64,000 nucleotides of DNA from contig CAJUGD010000014.1 of NCBI GenBank assembly GCA_910586205.1, positions 22,900 through 86,899 on the forward strand, read 5' to 3'. Numbering within the stretch: position 1 is the first letter of the stretch; the number at the start of each line of letters is the position of its first letter. Positions 47,199-57,390 of the stretch are shown here, one piece after another. Below the pieces are notes generated by a model. It was not told the DNA's origin. It did not search any database and worked only from the letters and a program-made list of their open reading frames with translations. The position numbers were made by a program, and so were the translations under genes. This DNA is from an uncultured Lachnospiraceae bacterium. GTDB lineage: Bacteria; Bacillota; Clostridia; Lachnospirales; Lachnospiraceae.

Positions 47199-48896
47199 AT
47201 GGCAACAAAAGCTTATTATCCAATTAGCGAGATCGGCAAAGGAAAGACAGGTTTTTCCAAGACCAGATCAATTATTGAGGCTGCTTTCTATGGGAATAAT
47301 GTGGTAAAGGTTAACACCCTGAAGGAAGCATACGAGTTAGCAAAGAACTCACCAGGAACCATTGTAACCGATATGCCGGTTTACAGAGGCGAGGAATTTG
47401 GTCTGGAAAAAGACGCTAAAGTATTGCTGTTCAACGACGGTGCTATTACCGGCCGTTATGCTACTGCCCGCCGCATTGCAGGGGAACCCGGAGTGGATTG
47501 CAATGCCCTGGACATTGTTGCCATGGATGCAGTCTACGAGTCCCGCTGGAAAACCATGTACCATGCAGAGGTATTTGTAGGTCTGGATCCGGAATTCATG
47601 GTGAAGGCTCACCTGCTTCTGCCGGAAGGGGAAGAGAACATCATGTACAACTGGATGCTGAACTTCCAGTATATGTCTGACGAGTATGTTAAAATGTACA
47701 AGAACTCCAAGGCAGTAGGCGACGGCAAGGAAGCGGATATTTACATTTTCTCTGATCCGCAGTGGACAGGCTCTGACCGTCCCAACGTATCTTTAGACTG
47801 TCTGTCTGACCCGCAGAAGAAGACCCTGTGCTATTTCAATACTGAGACCAACTGTGCCTGCATCCTGGGCATGAGATATTTCGGTGAGCACAAGAAGGGC
47901 ACCCTGACCATGGCTTGGGCGATTGCCAACCGCAATGGTTATGCTTCCTGTCATGGCGGACAGAAAGAGTATCTGCTGGCTGACGGCAAAAAGTATGTGG
48001 CTTCTGTATACGGTCTGTCCGGATCCGGTAAGTCTACCCTGACCCATGCAAAGCATGGCGGCAAGTATGAGATTAAGGTTTTGCATGATGATGCTTTTGT
48101 AATTAACACCGATACCTGTGCATCCATCGCTTTGGAGCCTACCTACTTCGATAAGACTGCCGATTATCCTACTGGATGTGAGGACAATAAGTACCTGCTT
48201 ACTGCACAGAACTGTTCTGCAACTTTGGACGAGGAGGGTAAGCTGCAGCTTGTGACTGAGGATATCCGCAACGGCAACGGCCGCGCCATTAAGTCCAAAC
48301 TGTGGTCCCCGAACCGGGTAGACAAGATCGATGCTCCGGTAAATGCAATCTTCTGGATCATGAAGGATCCGACCATTCCGCCGGTAGTAAAGCTGAAAGG
48401 CGCTTCCCTGGCTTCTGTAATGGGCGCAACTCTGGCTACTAAGCGTTCCTCCGCAGAGCGTCTGGCTCCTGGTGTGGATCCCAACAAGCTGGTTGTGGTT
48501 CCTTATGCAAACCCGTTCCGTACTTATCCTCTGGCCAATGACTATGAGAAGTTCAAAAAGCTGGTTGAGGAGAAGAATGTAGACTGCTACATTGTCAACA
48601 CCGGAGATTTCATGGGTAAAAAGGTAAAACCGGCTGATACCCTGGGGATTCTGGAAGCAATTGTTGAGGGCAAGGCTGACTTCCATAAATGGGGTCCGTT
48701 CTCTGATATTGAGATTCTGGATTGGGAAGGCTTTGTACCGGATATGAATGATGCAGAGTATGTTGGTCAGTTAAAGGCCCGTATGAATGACCGTGTCAGC
48801 GAGATTAAGAATTTTGCCGAGGCAAAGGAAGGCTATGATAAGCTTCCGGATGATGCATTGGCTGCAATTCAGAAGGTAGTGGATGAGCTGGCCTAA
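47199..48896 (+). CDS. pckA: Phosphoenolpyruvate carboxykinase (ATP)
   Basis: 565 aa. Kinase-1a loop ...VYGLSGSGKSTLTH... and ...NGNGRAI... context typical of ATP-PEPCK. Confidence 0.8.
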   Translation: MATKAYYPISEIGKGKTGFSKTRSIIEAAFYGNNVVKVNTLKEAYELAKNSPGTIVTDMPVYRGEEFGLEKDAKVLLFNDGAITGRYATARRIAGEPGVDCNALDIVAMDAVYESRWKTMYHAEVFVGLDPEFMVKAHLLLPEGEENIMYNWMLNFQYMSDEYVKMYKNSKAVGDGKEADIYIFSDPQWTGSDRPNVSLDCLSDPQKKTLCYFNTETNCACILGMRYFGEHKKGTLTMAWAIANRNGYASCHGGQKEYLLADGKKYVASVYGLSGSGKSTLTHAKHGGKYEIKVLHDDAFVINTDTCASIALEPTYFDKTADYPTGCEDNKYLLTAQNCSATLDEEGKLQLVTEDIRNGNGRAIKSKLWSPNRVDKIDAPVNAIFWIMKDPTIPPVVKLKGASLASVMGATLATKRSSAERLAPGVDPNKLVVVPYANPFRTYPLANDYEKFKKLVEEKNVDCYIVNTGDFMGKKVKPADTLGILEAIVEGKADFHKWGPFSDIEILDWEGFVPDMNDAEYVGQLKARMNDRVSEIKNFAEAKEGYDKLPDDALAAIQKVVDELA

Positions 48897-49142
48897 GGTA
48901 AGAAAGTAAAAAGAATGTAAGTGAGACTGCTGCATAGTTTGTCAGGGTCTTTTAAGAGGCGGCAAGCCGGGAACCAGGGAGTTTCCGGCTTCCTCTTTAT
49001 TTGTGCGGGGAATATGCCAGGTGTTGTGCCTGGACGGCATTTGGCTCATTGTCTATAGGGAAAGTGACAGGATGAGCATGATTGTGGATAAGCCGAAATG
49101 CCGGCAGCAATGGAACGGATTTTAGAGAGGGAAGATTAAATA

Positions 49143-49811
49143 ATGAAGAAAAGATATGTGCTGTTTGATCTGGACGGGACGCTGACCGATTCTCGGGAGG
49201 GCATTGTCAATTCTATTGAGTATATGCTGGAGCATTATCAGATCAGGGTAAAGGATCGGGAGGAGCTGCAGCCCTGGCTGGGGCCGCCGTTAAAGGAAAG
49301 CCTGATGAAATACTGCGGGTTTCCAGAGGATAAGGCGTTAGAGGGCGTGTCAGTGTACCGGGAATATTTTGACCGGCAGGGAATTTTTGAGAATCAGGTG
49401 TACCCGGGCATTGAGGAAATGCTACAGGAGCTGAAGGAACAGGGATATCATCTGCTTGTGGCTACCTCTAAGCCAGAGACGGCGGCTGTGCGGGTACTGG
49501 AGCATTTTGGGCTGGCAGGGTATTTTGATTATATCGGAGGAGCCACTTTAGATGACAGCCGGGTCAGGAAAGGGGATGTGATTCGTTATGTTCTGACTGC
49601 CTGCGGGGTGGAGGAAAAGGAGAGGGCAGTGATGGCAGGTGATCGGGAACATGATGTGAAGGGAGCTAAGGAGAATGGCCTGGAGGTGATCGGGGCGCTT
49701 TACGGGTATGGGTCACGGGAGGAACTGATGGAAGCGGGAGCTGATTATCTGGCAGAAAGCCCGGAGGATATGGGGAAGCTTTTGAGGGAAATAGGAGAAA
49801 AGGGAGAATAA
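49143..49811 (+). CDS. HAD-superfamily hydrolase (phosphoglycolate phosphatase-like)
   Basis: 222 aa. Motif I FDLDGTLTDS, motif II ...VATSKP..., motif IV ...GDREHD... Confidence 0.85.
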   Translation: MKKRYVLFDLDGTLTDSREGIVNSIEYMLEHYQIRVKDREELQPWLGPPLKESLMKYCGFPEDKALEGVSVYREYFDRQGIFENQVYPGIEEMLQELKEQGYHLLVATSKPETAAVRVLEHFGLAGYFDYIGGATLDDSRVRKGDVIRYVLTACGVEEKERAVMAGDREHDVKGAKENGLEVIGALYGYGSREELMEAGADYLAESPEDMGKLLREIGEKGE

Positions 49812-49916
49812 GATAAGCAAAAGAAAAAGATTTGTCCCAAGAAATAAGTGAATACAAAATAAAATTCCGACAGCCTGTGTATATACAGGCAGCCGGAATC
49901 TTTTGAACAGAACAGA

Positions 49917-50342
49917 TTATTTGCTGTATTTTTCCTCACAATACATACACCGGTAGATCTCCTTAGGTTCATCTGCCAAATAGAATACGTGCGGAAGCTC
50001 TTGTTCGATGGAGGTGATGCATCGAGGATTTTTACATTTGATCACATTGGTAATCTTTTTTGGAAGCTTTAAGGCTTTTTTCTCCACAATTTTGTTGTCC
50101 TGGATAATATTGACTGTAATATTGTGGTCAATATAGCCCAAAATCTGTAAATCCAGTTTGTCCAGCCCGCCCTCGATTTTGATAATGTCTTTGCGTCCCA
50201 TTTTGCTGCTGCGGGCGTTTTTGATGATGGCTACCTGGCATTCCAGCTTGTCCAACCCCAGGTGATAGTAAATGTCCAGGCTCTTTCCGGCCTCAATATG
50301 GTCTAGTACGATTCCTTCGCTCAGTCCGCTGATGTTCAACAT
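49917..50342 (-). CDS. pyrI: Aspartate carbamoyltransferase regulatory subunit PyrI
   Basis: 141 aa. ...GIVLDHI... N-domain and a C-terminal zinc domain CKNPRC...CMYC. Confidence 0.9.
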   Translation of the reverse strand: MLNISGLSEGIVLDHIEAGKSLDIYYHLGLDKLECQVAIIKNARSSKMGRKDIIKIEGGLDKLDLQILGYIDHNITVNIIQDNKIVEKKALKLPKKITNVIKCKNPRCITSIEQELPHVFYLADEPKEIYRCMYCEEKYSK

Positions 50343-51259
50343 GGTTTTTCCACCTCCAGTAATGTCATGATCAGCGCCATTCTCACATAGACGCCGTATT
50401 GTACCTGTTTAAAGTAGGCAGCCCTGGGGTCATGATCCACCTCTGTGGAGATCTCGTTGACCCGGGGAAGCGGATGCAGCACATACATATTTTCCTTGGC
50501 AAGCTTCATTTTCTTTTGATCCAGGATGTAACAGTCTTTGAGGCGGATGTAGTCTTCCTCATTGAAGAAACGTTCTCTCTGTACGCGGGTCATGTACAAA
50601 ATATCCAGCTCCGGCATGGCTTCGTCAAGATTGTTTACTTCCTTAAACTGGATATGATTGGCCTTTAACACATCTTCCCGGATGTAGCTGGGAACACGCA
50701 GCTCGTCGGGGGCAATCAGGACAAAGCGGATGTCCGGATAGCGGACCATGGCATTGATGAGAGAATGAACCGTGCGCCCGAATTTTAAGTCTCCGCACAA
50801 GCCAATAGTCATATGGTCTAAGCGTCCGGTCAAAGAGCGGATGGTCATTAAGTCAGTCAGGGTCTGAGTGGGATGCTGATGGCCGCCGTCACCGGCATTG
50901 ATCACCGGGATAGAGGACATTTGAGATGCCACTAAGGCAGATCCCTCTTTGGGATGGCGCATGGCTGCAATATCTGCATAGCAGGAAATAGTGCGGATGG
51001 TATCAGAAACGCTTTCTCCTTTGGCCGCAGAGCTGGAGTCAGCCGAAGAAAAACCAAGTACACTGCCACCTAAGCTTAACATGGCTGATTCAAAGCTTAG
51101 CCGGGTACGGGTACTTGGTTCATAAAATAATGTCGCTAATTTTTTGCCGTCACATACATGGGCATATTGGGGAAGATTGTGTTCGATATCCGATGCAAGG
51201 GACAGCAGCCGGTCGATTTCTTCCACAGAAAAATCTAACGGGTTTAACATGTGTCTCAT
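50336..51259 (-). CDS. pyrB: Aspartate carbamoyltransferase catalytic subunit PyrB
   Basis: 307 aa. ...[13 protein letters not shown]..., ...HPTQ..., ...HPLPR... signatures. Confidence 0.95.
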   Translation of the reverse strand: MRHMLNPLDFSVEEIDRLLSLASDIEHNLPQYAHVCDGKKLATLFYEPSTRTRLSFESAMLSLGGSVLGFSSADSSSAAKGESVSDTIRTISCYADIAAMRHPKEGSALVASQMSSIPVINAGDGGHQHPTQTLTDLMTIRSLTGRLDHMTIGLCGDLKFGRTVHSLINAMVRYPDIRFVLIAPDELRVPSYIREDVLKANHIQFKEVNNLDEAMPELDILYMTRVQRERFFNEEDYIRLKDCYILDQKKMKLAKENMYVLHPLPRVNEISTEVDHDPRAAYFKQVQYGVYVRMALIMTLLEVEKPC

Positions 51260-51436
51260 AGCGAATCTCCTTTTGGGTGCATTTGTTATGATGTTCGAGG
51301 GTTATTATAGCGGATTTTTAGGAAAATTTCCAGTGTTTTTTGATGAAATGTTAAAATGACAATCTGCTGGCTATTATTTGGAAAATCTGTTAAAATATCA
51401 GGGAAAACATTATTTTAGGAAAGAGAGGAAAAAAGG

Positions 51437-51988
51437 ATGGCAAAAGTATATGCAATGATTGCAGACGGTACAGAAGAAGTGGAGTGTCTTGCTGTTGTGG
51501 ACATTCTAAGAAGAAGCGGTGTAGAGGTTGTACTGGTGTCTGTGGGCAGTACAAAAGAGATTATAAGTTCTCACAGCATAAGGATTCAGGCAGACGCTGT
51601 GGCAGCAGAGACGGATTTTTCTGACGGGGATGTGATCTTTCTTCCGGGGGGTCTGCCGGGCTCGGAAAATCTGTCTTCCTCTAAAGAGCTTCTTGACGCT
51701 CTCTCAAAGGCAAATGAAGAAGGAAGACGGATTGCGGCAATCTGTGCGGCGCCTGGAGTTGTGCTGGGACGTCATGGATTTTTAAAGGGGAAGACCGCTA
51801 CTTGTTTTCCTGGGTTTGAAAAGGAATTTCAGGGAGCAGAGTATACCAGGCAGGGCGTGATTACGGATGGGAATATTACAACAGCCCGCGGTTTGGGGTT
51901 TGCCATTGACTTAGGAATCGAGCTGGTCAGACTTTTAGTGGGAGATGAGGCGGCAGAGGAAGTAAAAGGAAAAATCCAGTACAGCTAA
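51437..51988 (+). CDS. DJ-1/PfpI family protein
   Basis: 183 aa. Nucleophile elbow ...IAAICAAPGVVL... Confidence 0.85.
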   Translation: MAKVYAMIADGTEEVECLAVVDILRRSGVEVVLVSVGSTKEIISSHSIRIQADAVAAETDFSDGDVIFLPGGLPGSENLSSSKELLDALSKANEEGRRIAAICAAPGVVLGRHGFLKGKTATCFPGFEKEFQGAEYTRQGVITDGNITTARGLGFAIDLGIELVRLLVGDEAAEEVKGKIQYS

Positions 51989-52364
51989 ATCGTATATGCG
52001 AATTAAAAACCTATATACGAAAAAGACAGAATATGAAAGGATTTTCACAAAAATTAGCAGAATTTTGGATATTTTTTTTCCATTATTTTGAAGAAAATAA
52101 CTTTACTTGAATTTAAAATATGCTATACTTAAAGCAGACCGTCGGAGGGATTTTTTGCTGTGTGGAATTTGTGCAGCAGTTGTGATTTACCCTTTGGACA
52201 TGGAGGTGAAAACGACGTTTTTTGACATGTCCAAAAGAAAGCCGTAAGGGATACCGGGCGATAGTGTGCTGACCAGATATAATACAGACAGCACACTCAT
52301 TGCAGCAGGCTTACCGAAGACGGAGAGAAAATGTCTACACATTTAATTTAGGAGGAAAACACGT

Positions 52365-54992
52365 ATGGCAAACAAGTGGGTATATTTGTTCACTGAGGGA
52401 AATGCCGACATGCGGAACCTGTTGGGCGGCAAGGGAGCCAACTTAGCAGAGATGACCAACTTAGGGCTTCCGGTGCCGCAGGGCTTTACTATCACCACTG
52501 AGGCTTGTACTCAGTACTATGAGGACGGCAGAAAGATCAATGACGAGATCATGGGTCAGATTATGGAGCACATTACCAAGATGGAGGATATCACCGGCAA
52601 GAAGTTTGGTGACAAGGAAAATCCGCTTCTGGTATCTGTGCGTTCCGGTGCAAGAGCATCCATGCCTGGTATGATGGATACCATCTTAAACCTGGGACTG
52701 AATGAGGAAGTGGTGGAGGTTCTGGCCAAGAAGTCCGGCAATCCCCGCTGGGCTTGGGACTGCTACCGCAGATTTATCCAGATGTTCTCCGACGTGGTTA
52801 TGGAAGTCGGAAAGAAATATTTTGAAGAGCTGATCGACAAGATGAAAGAGGAGAAAGGCGTGACACAGGATGTGGATCTGACTGCCGATGATCTCAAAGA
52901 GCTTGCCAATCAGTTTAAGGACGAGTATAAAGAGAAGATCGGTGAGGACTTCCCCACTGACCCGAAGGTACAGCTGATGGAGGCCATCAAGGCTGTGTTC
53001 CGTTCCTGGGACAACCCCCGTGCCAATGTATACCGCCGGGACAATGACATTCCTTATTCCTGGGGTACTGCAGTGAATGTACAGATGATGGCATTCGGCA
53101 ACATGGGCGAGACCTCTGGTACTGGTGTTGCCTTTACCCGTGATCCGGCTACCGGCGAGAAGCACCTGATGGGTGAGTTCCTTATGAACGCTCAGGGCGA
53201 GGATGTTGTGGCTGGTGTTCGTACTCCTCAGAAGATCGATCAGTTAAAGGAAGTTATGCCGGAAGTTTACGATCAGTTCGTAGGCATCTGCAACAAGCTG
53301 GAAGATCACTACAGAGATATGCAGGATATGGAGTTTACCATTGAGGACAAGAAGCTCTATATGCTTCAGACCCGTAATGGTAAGAGAACTGCTAAGGCTG
53401 CTCTTAAGATTGCCTGTGACCTGGTGGATGAGGGTATGATCGACGAGAAGAAGGCTGTGAAGATGATCGATCCGCGTAACTTAGATACCTTGCTGCATCC
53501 CCAGTTTGATACCGATGCGCTTAAAAAAGCTGAGCCGCTTGCCAAGGCGCTGGCTGCATCCCCGGGCGCTGCCTGCGGTAAGATCGTATTTACCGCTGAA
53601 GATGCCAAGGCATGGGCTGCCAGAGGAGAGAAGGTGGTTCTGGTTCGTCTGGAGACCTCTCCCGAGGATATTGAAGGCATGAAGGCTGCTCAGGGTATCC
53701 TGACTGTCCGCGGCGGTATGACCAGCCATGCGGCTGTGGTTGCCCGCGGTATGGGAACCTGCTGTGTATCCGGCTGTTCCGAGATCACCATGGATGAGGC
53801 CAACAAGAAGTTTACTTTGGCAGGCAAGGAGTTCCATGAGGGAGATCCTCTGTCCATCGATGGTTCTACCGGTAAGATCTATGATGGAATCATTCCTACA
53901 GTGGATGCTACCATTGCCGGTGAGTTCGGCCGTATCATGGCATGGGCTGACAAGTACAGAAAACTGAAAGTAAGAACCAATGCAGATACTCCGGCTGACG
54001 CTAAGAAGGCCAGAGAGTTAGGCGCAGAGGGTATCGGTCTTTGCCGTACCGAGCACATGTTCTTTGAGGGCAATCGTATTGATGCATTCCGCGAGATGAT
54101 CTGTGCAGAGACTTTGGAGGAGAGAGAGGCAGCTCTGGAGAAGATTCTTCCTGAGCAGCAGGGTGACTTTGAGAAGCTTTACGAGGCTCTGGAAGGCAAC
54201 CCGGTTACCATTCGTTTCCTGGATCCGCCGCTGCATGAGTTCGTTCCCACTGAGGATGAGGACGTGAAGAAGCTGGCTGACGCCCAGGGCAAGAGCGTGG
54301 AGCACATCAAGGCTATGATTGATTCTCTCCATGAGTTCAACCCCATGATGGGTCATCGCGGCTGCCGTCTGGCTGTCACCTATCCGGAGATTGCCAAGAT
54401 GCAGACCCGTGCCGTGATTCGTGCCGCTATCAATGTGAAGAAGGCTCATCCGGATTGGGATATCGTTCCGGAGATCATGATTCCGCTGATCGGGGATATC
54501 AAGGAGCTGAAATATGTGAAAAAGTTTGTGGTTGAGACTGCAGACGCTGAGATTGCAGCAGCAAATGCAGACTTAAAGTACGAGGTTGGAACCATGATCG
54601 AGATCCCGAGAGCAGCCCTGACTGCTGACGAGATCGCTAAGGAGGCTGAGTTCTTCTGCTTTGGCACCAATGACCTGACTCAGATGACCTACGGTTTCTC
54701 CCGTGATGATGCAGGTAAGTTCTTAAACGCTTACTATGATGCTAAGATCTTTGAGAATGATCCTTTTGCAAGACTGGATCAGACCGGTGTGGGTAAGCTG
54801 ATGGAGATGTCTATCAAGCTTGGCAAGCCGGTACGCCCGGACATGCATGTAGGTATCTGCGGCGAGCACGGCGGCGATCCCACATCTGTGGAGTTCTGCC
54901 ATAAGATTGGTCTGGATTATGTGTCCTGCAGCCCGTTCAGAGTACCGATTGCACGGTTGGCGGCGGCTCAGGCGGCAATAAACCAGGGGTGA
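52365..54992 (+). CDS. ppdK: Pyruvate, phosphate dikinase
   Basis: 875 aa. ...LLGGKGANLAEM..., phospho-His loop ...GGMTSHAAVVARGMG..., C-terminal PEP-utilising TIM barrel ...GLCRTEHMF... Confidence 0.95.
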   Translation: MANKWVYLFTEGNADMRNLLGGKGANLAEMTNLGLPVPQGFTITTEACTQYYEDGRKINDEIMGQIMEHITKMEDITGKKFGDKENPLLVSVRSGARASMPGMMDTILNLGLNEEVVEVLAKKSGNPRWAWDCYRRFIQMFSDVVMEVGKKYFEELIDKMKEEKGVTQDVDLTADDLKELANQFKDEYKEKIGEDFPTDPKVQLMEAIKAVFRSWDNPRANVYRRDNDIPYSWGTAVNVQMMAFGNMGETSGTGVAFTRDPATGEKHLMGEFLMNAQGEDVVAGVRTPQKIDQLKEVMPEVYDQFVGICNKLEDHYRDMQDMEFTIEDKKLYMLQTRNGKRTAKAALKIACDLVDEGMIDEKKAVKMIDPRNLDTLLHPQFDTDALKKAEPLAKALAASPGAACGKIVFTAEDAKAWAARGEKVVLVRLETSPEDIEGMKAAQGILTVRGGMTSHAAVVARGMGTCCVSGCSEITMDEANKKFTLAGKEFHEGDPLSIDGSTGKIYDGIIPTVDATIAGEFGRIMAWADKYRKLKVRTNADTPADAKKARELGAEGIGLCRTEHMFFEGNRIDAFREMICAETLEEREAALEKILPEQQGDFEKLYEALEGNPVTIRFLDPPLHEFVPTEDEDVKKLADAQGKSVEHIKAMIDSLHEFNPMMGHRGCRLAVTYPEIAKMQTRAVIRAAINVKKAHPDWDIVPEIMIPLIGDIKELKYVKKFVVETADAEIAAANADLKYEVGTMIEIPRAALTADEIAKEAEFFCFGTNDLTQMTYGFSRDDAGKFLNAYYDAKIFENDPFARLDQTGVGKLMEMSIKLGKPVRPDMHVGICGEHGGDPTSVEFCHKIGLDYVSCSPFRVPIARLAAAQAAINQG

Positions 54993-55132
54993 GTGATTGA
55001 AAAACCTTGATTTTATGCGGGGTTTGGGAATTTTAGATTCGTAAAAACTAAATAATGGGATTATAATAAAAGGGAAGATACATTAGGAATTCAGAAGAGT
55101 CTTGGTGTATTTTCCCTTTTTCAAAGTTGAAT

Positions 55133-57166
55133 TTAAACTTCAACCACTATATACTTATTGCTGCCATTAGAGCGAACAGAAAAGTTTTTATTTGATTTAA
55201 ACATATGCTTATCTAATAATGTACAAAATTTAGAAAATTCATATTTTTCAAACATATAGCCTTTTCCTCTTGCTTTATCATTGTAAGCGAGGGGGCATAG
55301 AAAATCGTAGTCTGTAATAAACACTTCGATTGGTAACATTCTTTGTAAGGCTATTTCGAGGCTCGCTGTTATTTTGGCTTTTTCAAAGCGATTTTTCTCT
55401 AAGCATACCAGAATATAATATTTTTTTGCATATTCGTCAGAGAAATCCTTGAATTTAGAAAAAATATTCCAATAAATCGATTCATTTTCTTTTAATAGTG
55501 TAATTGCCTTGTTTAAATATGTTTTTGCAGAGATATCTACTCTTTCTAAAGTCCTATCGTTTATATTTATGGAGTCCTCATACTCTCTTTTTGGGATGTC
55601 CTCCTTAAAACAGTCTAAACTTATATTAAGTTTTACGAATTTTTGGAATGTGGAATCTTCGATTGTTTTACTGGCCCTACATGAAAATATAAAGTGGCTT
55701 CCATTATTTGAGGCATTTACTAATCTTTCAATTAAAGTTTGCATTTGATTTTCGTTTATGCCTCCACCTTGGTATCCAGCAGTATTCAGGTAGGGACTGT
55801 CAGAATAGAACAAGGTGCAAAAAAGCCGTGGCTTTCCATCTTTTCCTTTTCCAAGTAATCGTAATAGTTCGTTATCTTTGCTATCGATATTGAATGGAGT
55901 AGTTCCTTTTCGTATAGTCTCCGCAAGTCGTTCTATGCTTTCATAGCGCTTGGGTGCTTTGTTTATATAATATTCAATAAGAGAAGAGTTATTTGTTAAT
56001 ATATCGCTACTGTAAACAGTATTTAAACGATGCATTTTTTTATGGAATTTATCAAATTCTTTCTCGCTAAATCCACAAAACTTTCTAATCTTTGCAACTG
56101 TGACAGCACCCGTGGAAGAGTTACCGCCAGTGGTGGGAAAACAATGGAGATAAGTATACGCAATAGCAACATCCACCTTATCATTATTAGGCATGCTGTG
56201 ATATTGTGCAAAATTTAAAAGGTGAATGGAGTTTCCTTGATGGCATGGGACAAGGCAGTGTTGGAGATGCGCTTTATTCCATTGTGTCAGAGTGTTTTTA
56301 CAAGTCATATAGAAGCCTTGACCTTGGATTTCTGCGGTATTGTTATCAAGATAACCCTTTAGTAGATCTCTAATCTTACATAATTCTGCCATATACTGTG
56401 CATATAGGTGTTTATCTGATATGACATAATAATAATTTATAAGTGTAGGATCAATTTCGTTGATGTGATATTCTACATTATTTGTACGGTTAACGGCGAT
56501 AGAAGCATTTGCAGATCCGCCAAATAAATCTACAAAATGGTCAATAGTGCCTGCGTATTCAACTAGATAATTGATAGCATATCCTAAGTACCCTGTTTTT
56601 GCGCCTGCGTAGGTGGAGGGAAGCTCAATTTGTTGATAATTATTAATAGCATAAAATTTATTTGGGGATATGCCAAATTCTGTAAAAGTTTTGTCTGATA
56701 GTCTATGTCCCTGACAAGCAGGCTCTCCTATGAATTTTAATATTTCACTTTGTGAAGGTTTTTTCTTCGTTTTTTGAACTGCTTTTTTAGTTTTATCTGA
56801 TGCATTATCGTATAATTCAATAGCTCTATATGCCATAGTATAAATGAGAATTTTAATTGGATAGGGCAGATAGCGCAAGGTGTTTGGGGTATTATGATGT
56901 TTGTTTGGGACATTAGGTTGATAGTTGTATTGTCTAAGTGTGCTTACTATAAAATCACGGCAGGCATTAAAAAGTTTCTCATAATTTGAATCAGATTCAT
57001 ATAGATCGACACACAATTGTAAGCACTTGTCTTTTATGAACTCTGTTTGTGTATATGTTAAAGAAGGGGTGCTCATCCATTTAGTATTAAAAAATTTAAG
57101 CATATTTAGTAGTTGTTCAAAGAATACCTCTCCTTGAGGTCTATTATTTATTTCCTTAGTACTCAT
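55133..57166 (-). CDS. 677-aa protein with a Dam-like (D12/alpha-class N6-adenine) DNA methyltransferase core and unassigned N- and C-terminal extensions
   Basis: Motifs occur in alpha-class order: YAGAKTGYL (compare Dam WAGGK), FVDLFGGSANAS (motif I), FYSDSPYLN (motif IV DPPY-like with Ser for Pro). The gene is AT-rich and the protein is Lys/Asn/Ile/Tyr-rich. The functional assignment is tentative. Confidence 0.55.
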   Translation of the reverse strand: MSTKEINNRPQGEVFFEQLLNMLKFFNTKWMSTPSLTYTQTEFIKDKCLQLCVDLYESDSNYEKLFNACRDFIVSTLRQYNYQPNVPNKHHNTPNTLRYLPYPIKILIYTMAYRAIELYDNASDKTKKAVQKTKKKPSQSEILKFIGEPACQGHRLSDKTFTEFGISPNKFYAINNYQQIELPSTYAGAKTGYLGYAINYLVEYAGTIDHFVDLFGGSANASIAVNRTNNVEYHINEIDPTLINYYYVISDKHLYAQYMAELCKIRDLLKGYLDNNTAEIQGQGFYMTCKNTLTQWNKAHLQHCLVPCHQGNSIHLLNFAQYHSMPNNDKVDVAIAYTYLHCFPTTGGNSSTGAVTVAKIRKFCGFSEKEFDKFHKKMHRLNTVYSSDILTNNSSLIEYYINKAPKRYESIERLAETIRKGTTPFNIDSKDNELLRLLGKGKDGKPRLFCTLFYSDSPYLNTAGYQGGGINENQMQTLIERLVNASNNGSHFIFSCRASKTIEDSTFQKFVKLNISLDCFKEDIPKREYEDSININDRTLERVDISAKTYLNKAITLLKENESIYWNIFSKFKDFSDEYAKKYYILVCLEKNRFEKAKITASLEIALQRMLPIEVFITDYDFLCPLAYNDKARGKGYMFEKYEFSKFCTLLDKHMFKSNKNFSVRSNGSNKYIVVEV

Positions 57167-57355
57167 AAAACCTCCCGATTTTTTATATAATCATATCAAA
57201 AAATCCGTTTATATACAATCAGCAATTATCATTGTGACAATATTTTGGATATGAGTAAGGGAAAGTTGAAGATTGAAAAGGCGTTTTACTAACTAATAAT
57301 TGCAATTTGGGGGCGTAAACGATAGATTTGCGCTTGTGGCCATAAGATTTTGTAG

Positions 57356-57384
57356 TTGCCTTTACCCAATATGTATGCTAAAAT
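57356..57384 (+). promoter_or_regulatory. Strong sigma-70 promoter with an extended -10
   Basis: TTGCCT, 17-nt spacer, TGcTAAAAT. Confidence 0.6.
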
Positions 57385-57390
57385 AGACCT

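Noticed and set aside
57310-57345. GGGGGCGTAAACGA..., which resembles the 5' end of Firmicutes tmRNA (ssrA)
   Set aside because: I could find no tRNA-like 3' end (T-arm GGTTCGA-type loop, acceptor complement, CCA) and no recognisable tag ORF ending in ...LAA within the next 400 nt. The match is short and lies upstream of the predicted promoter.
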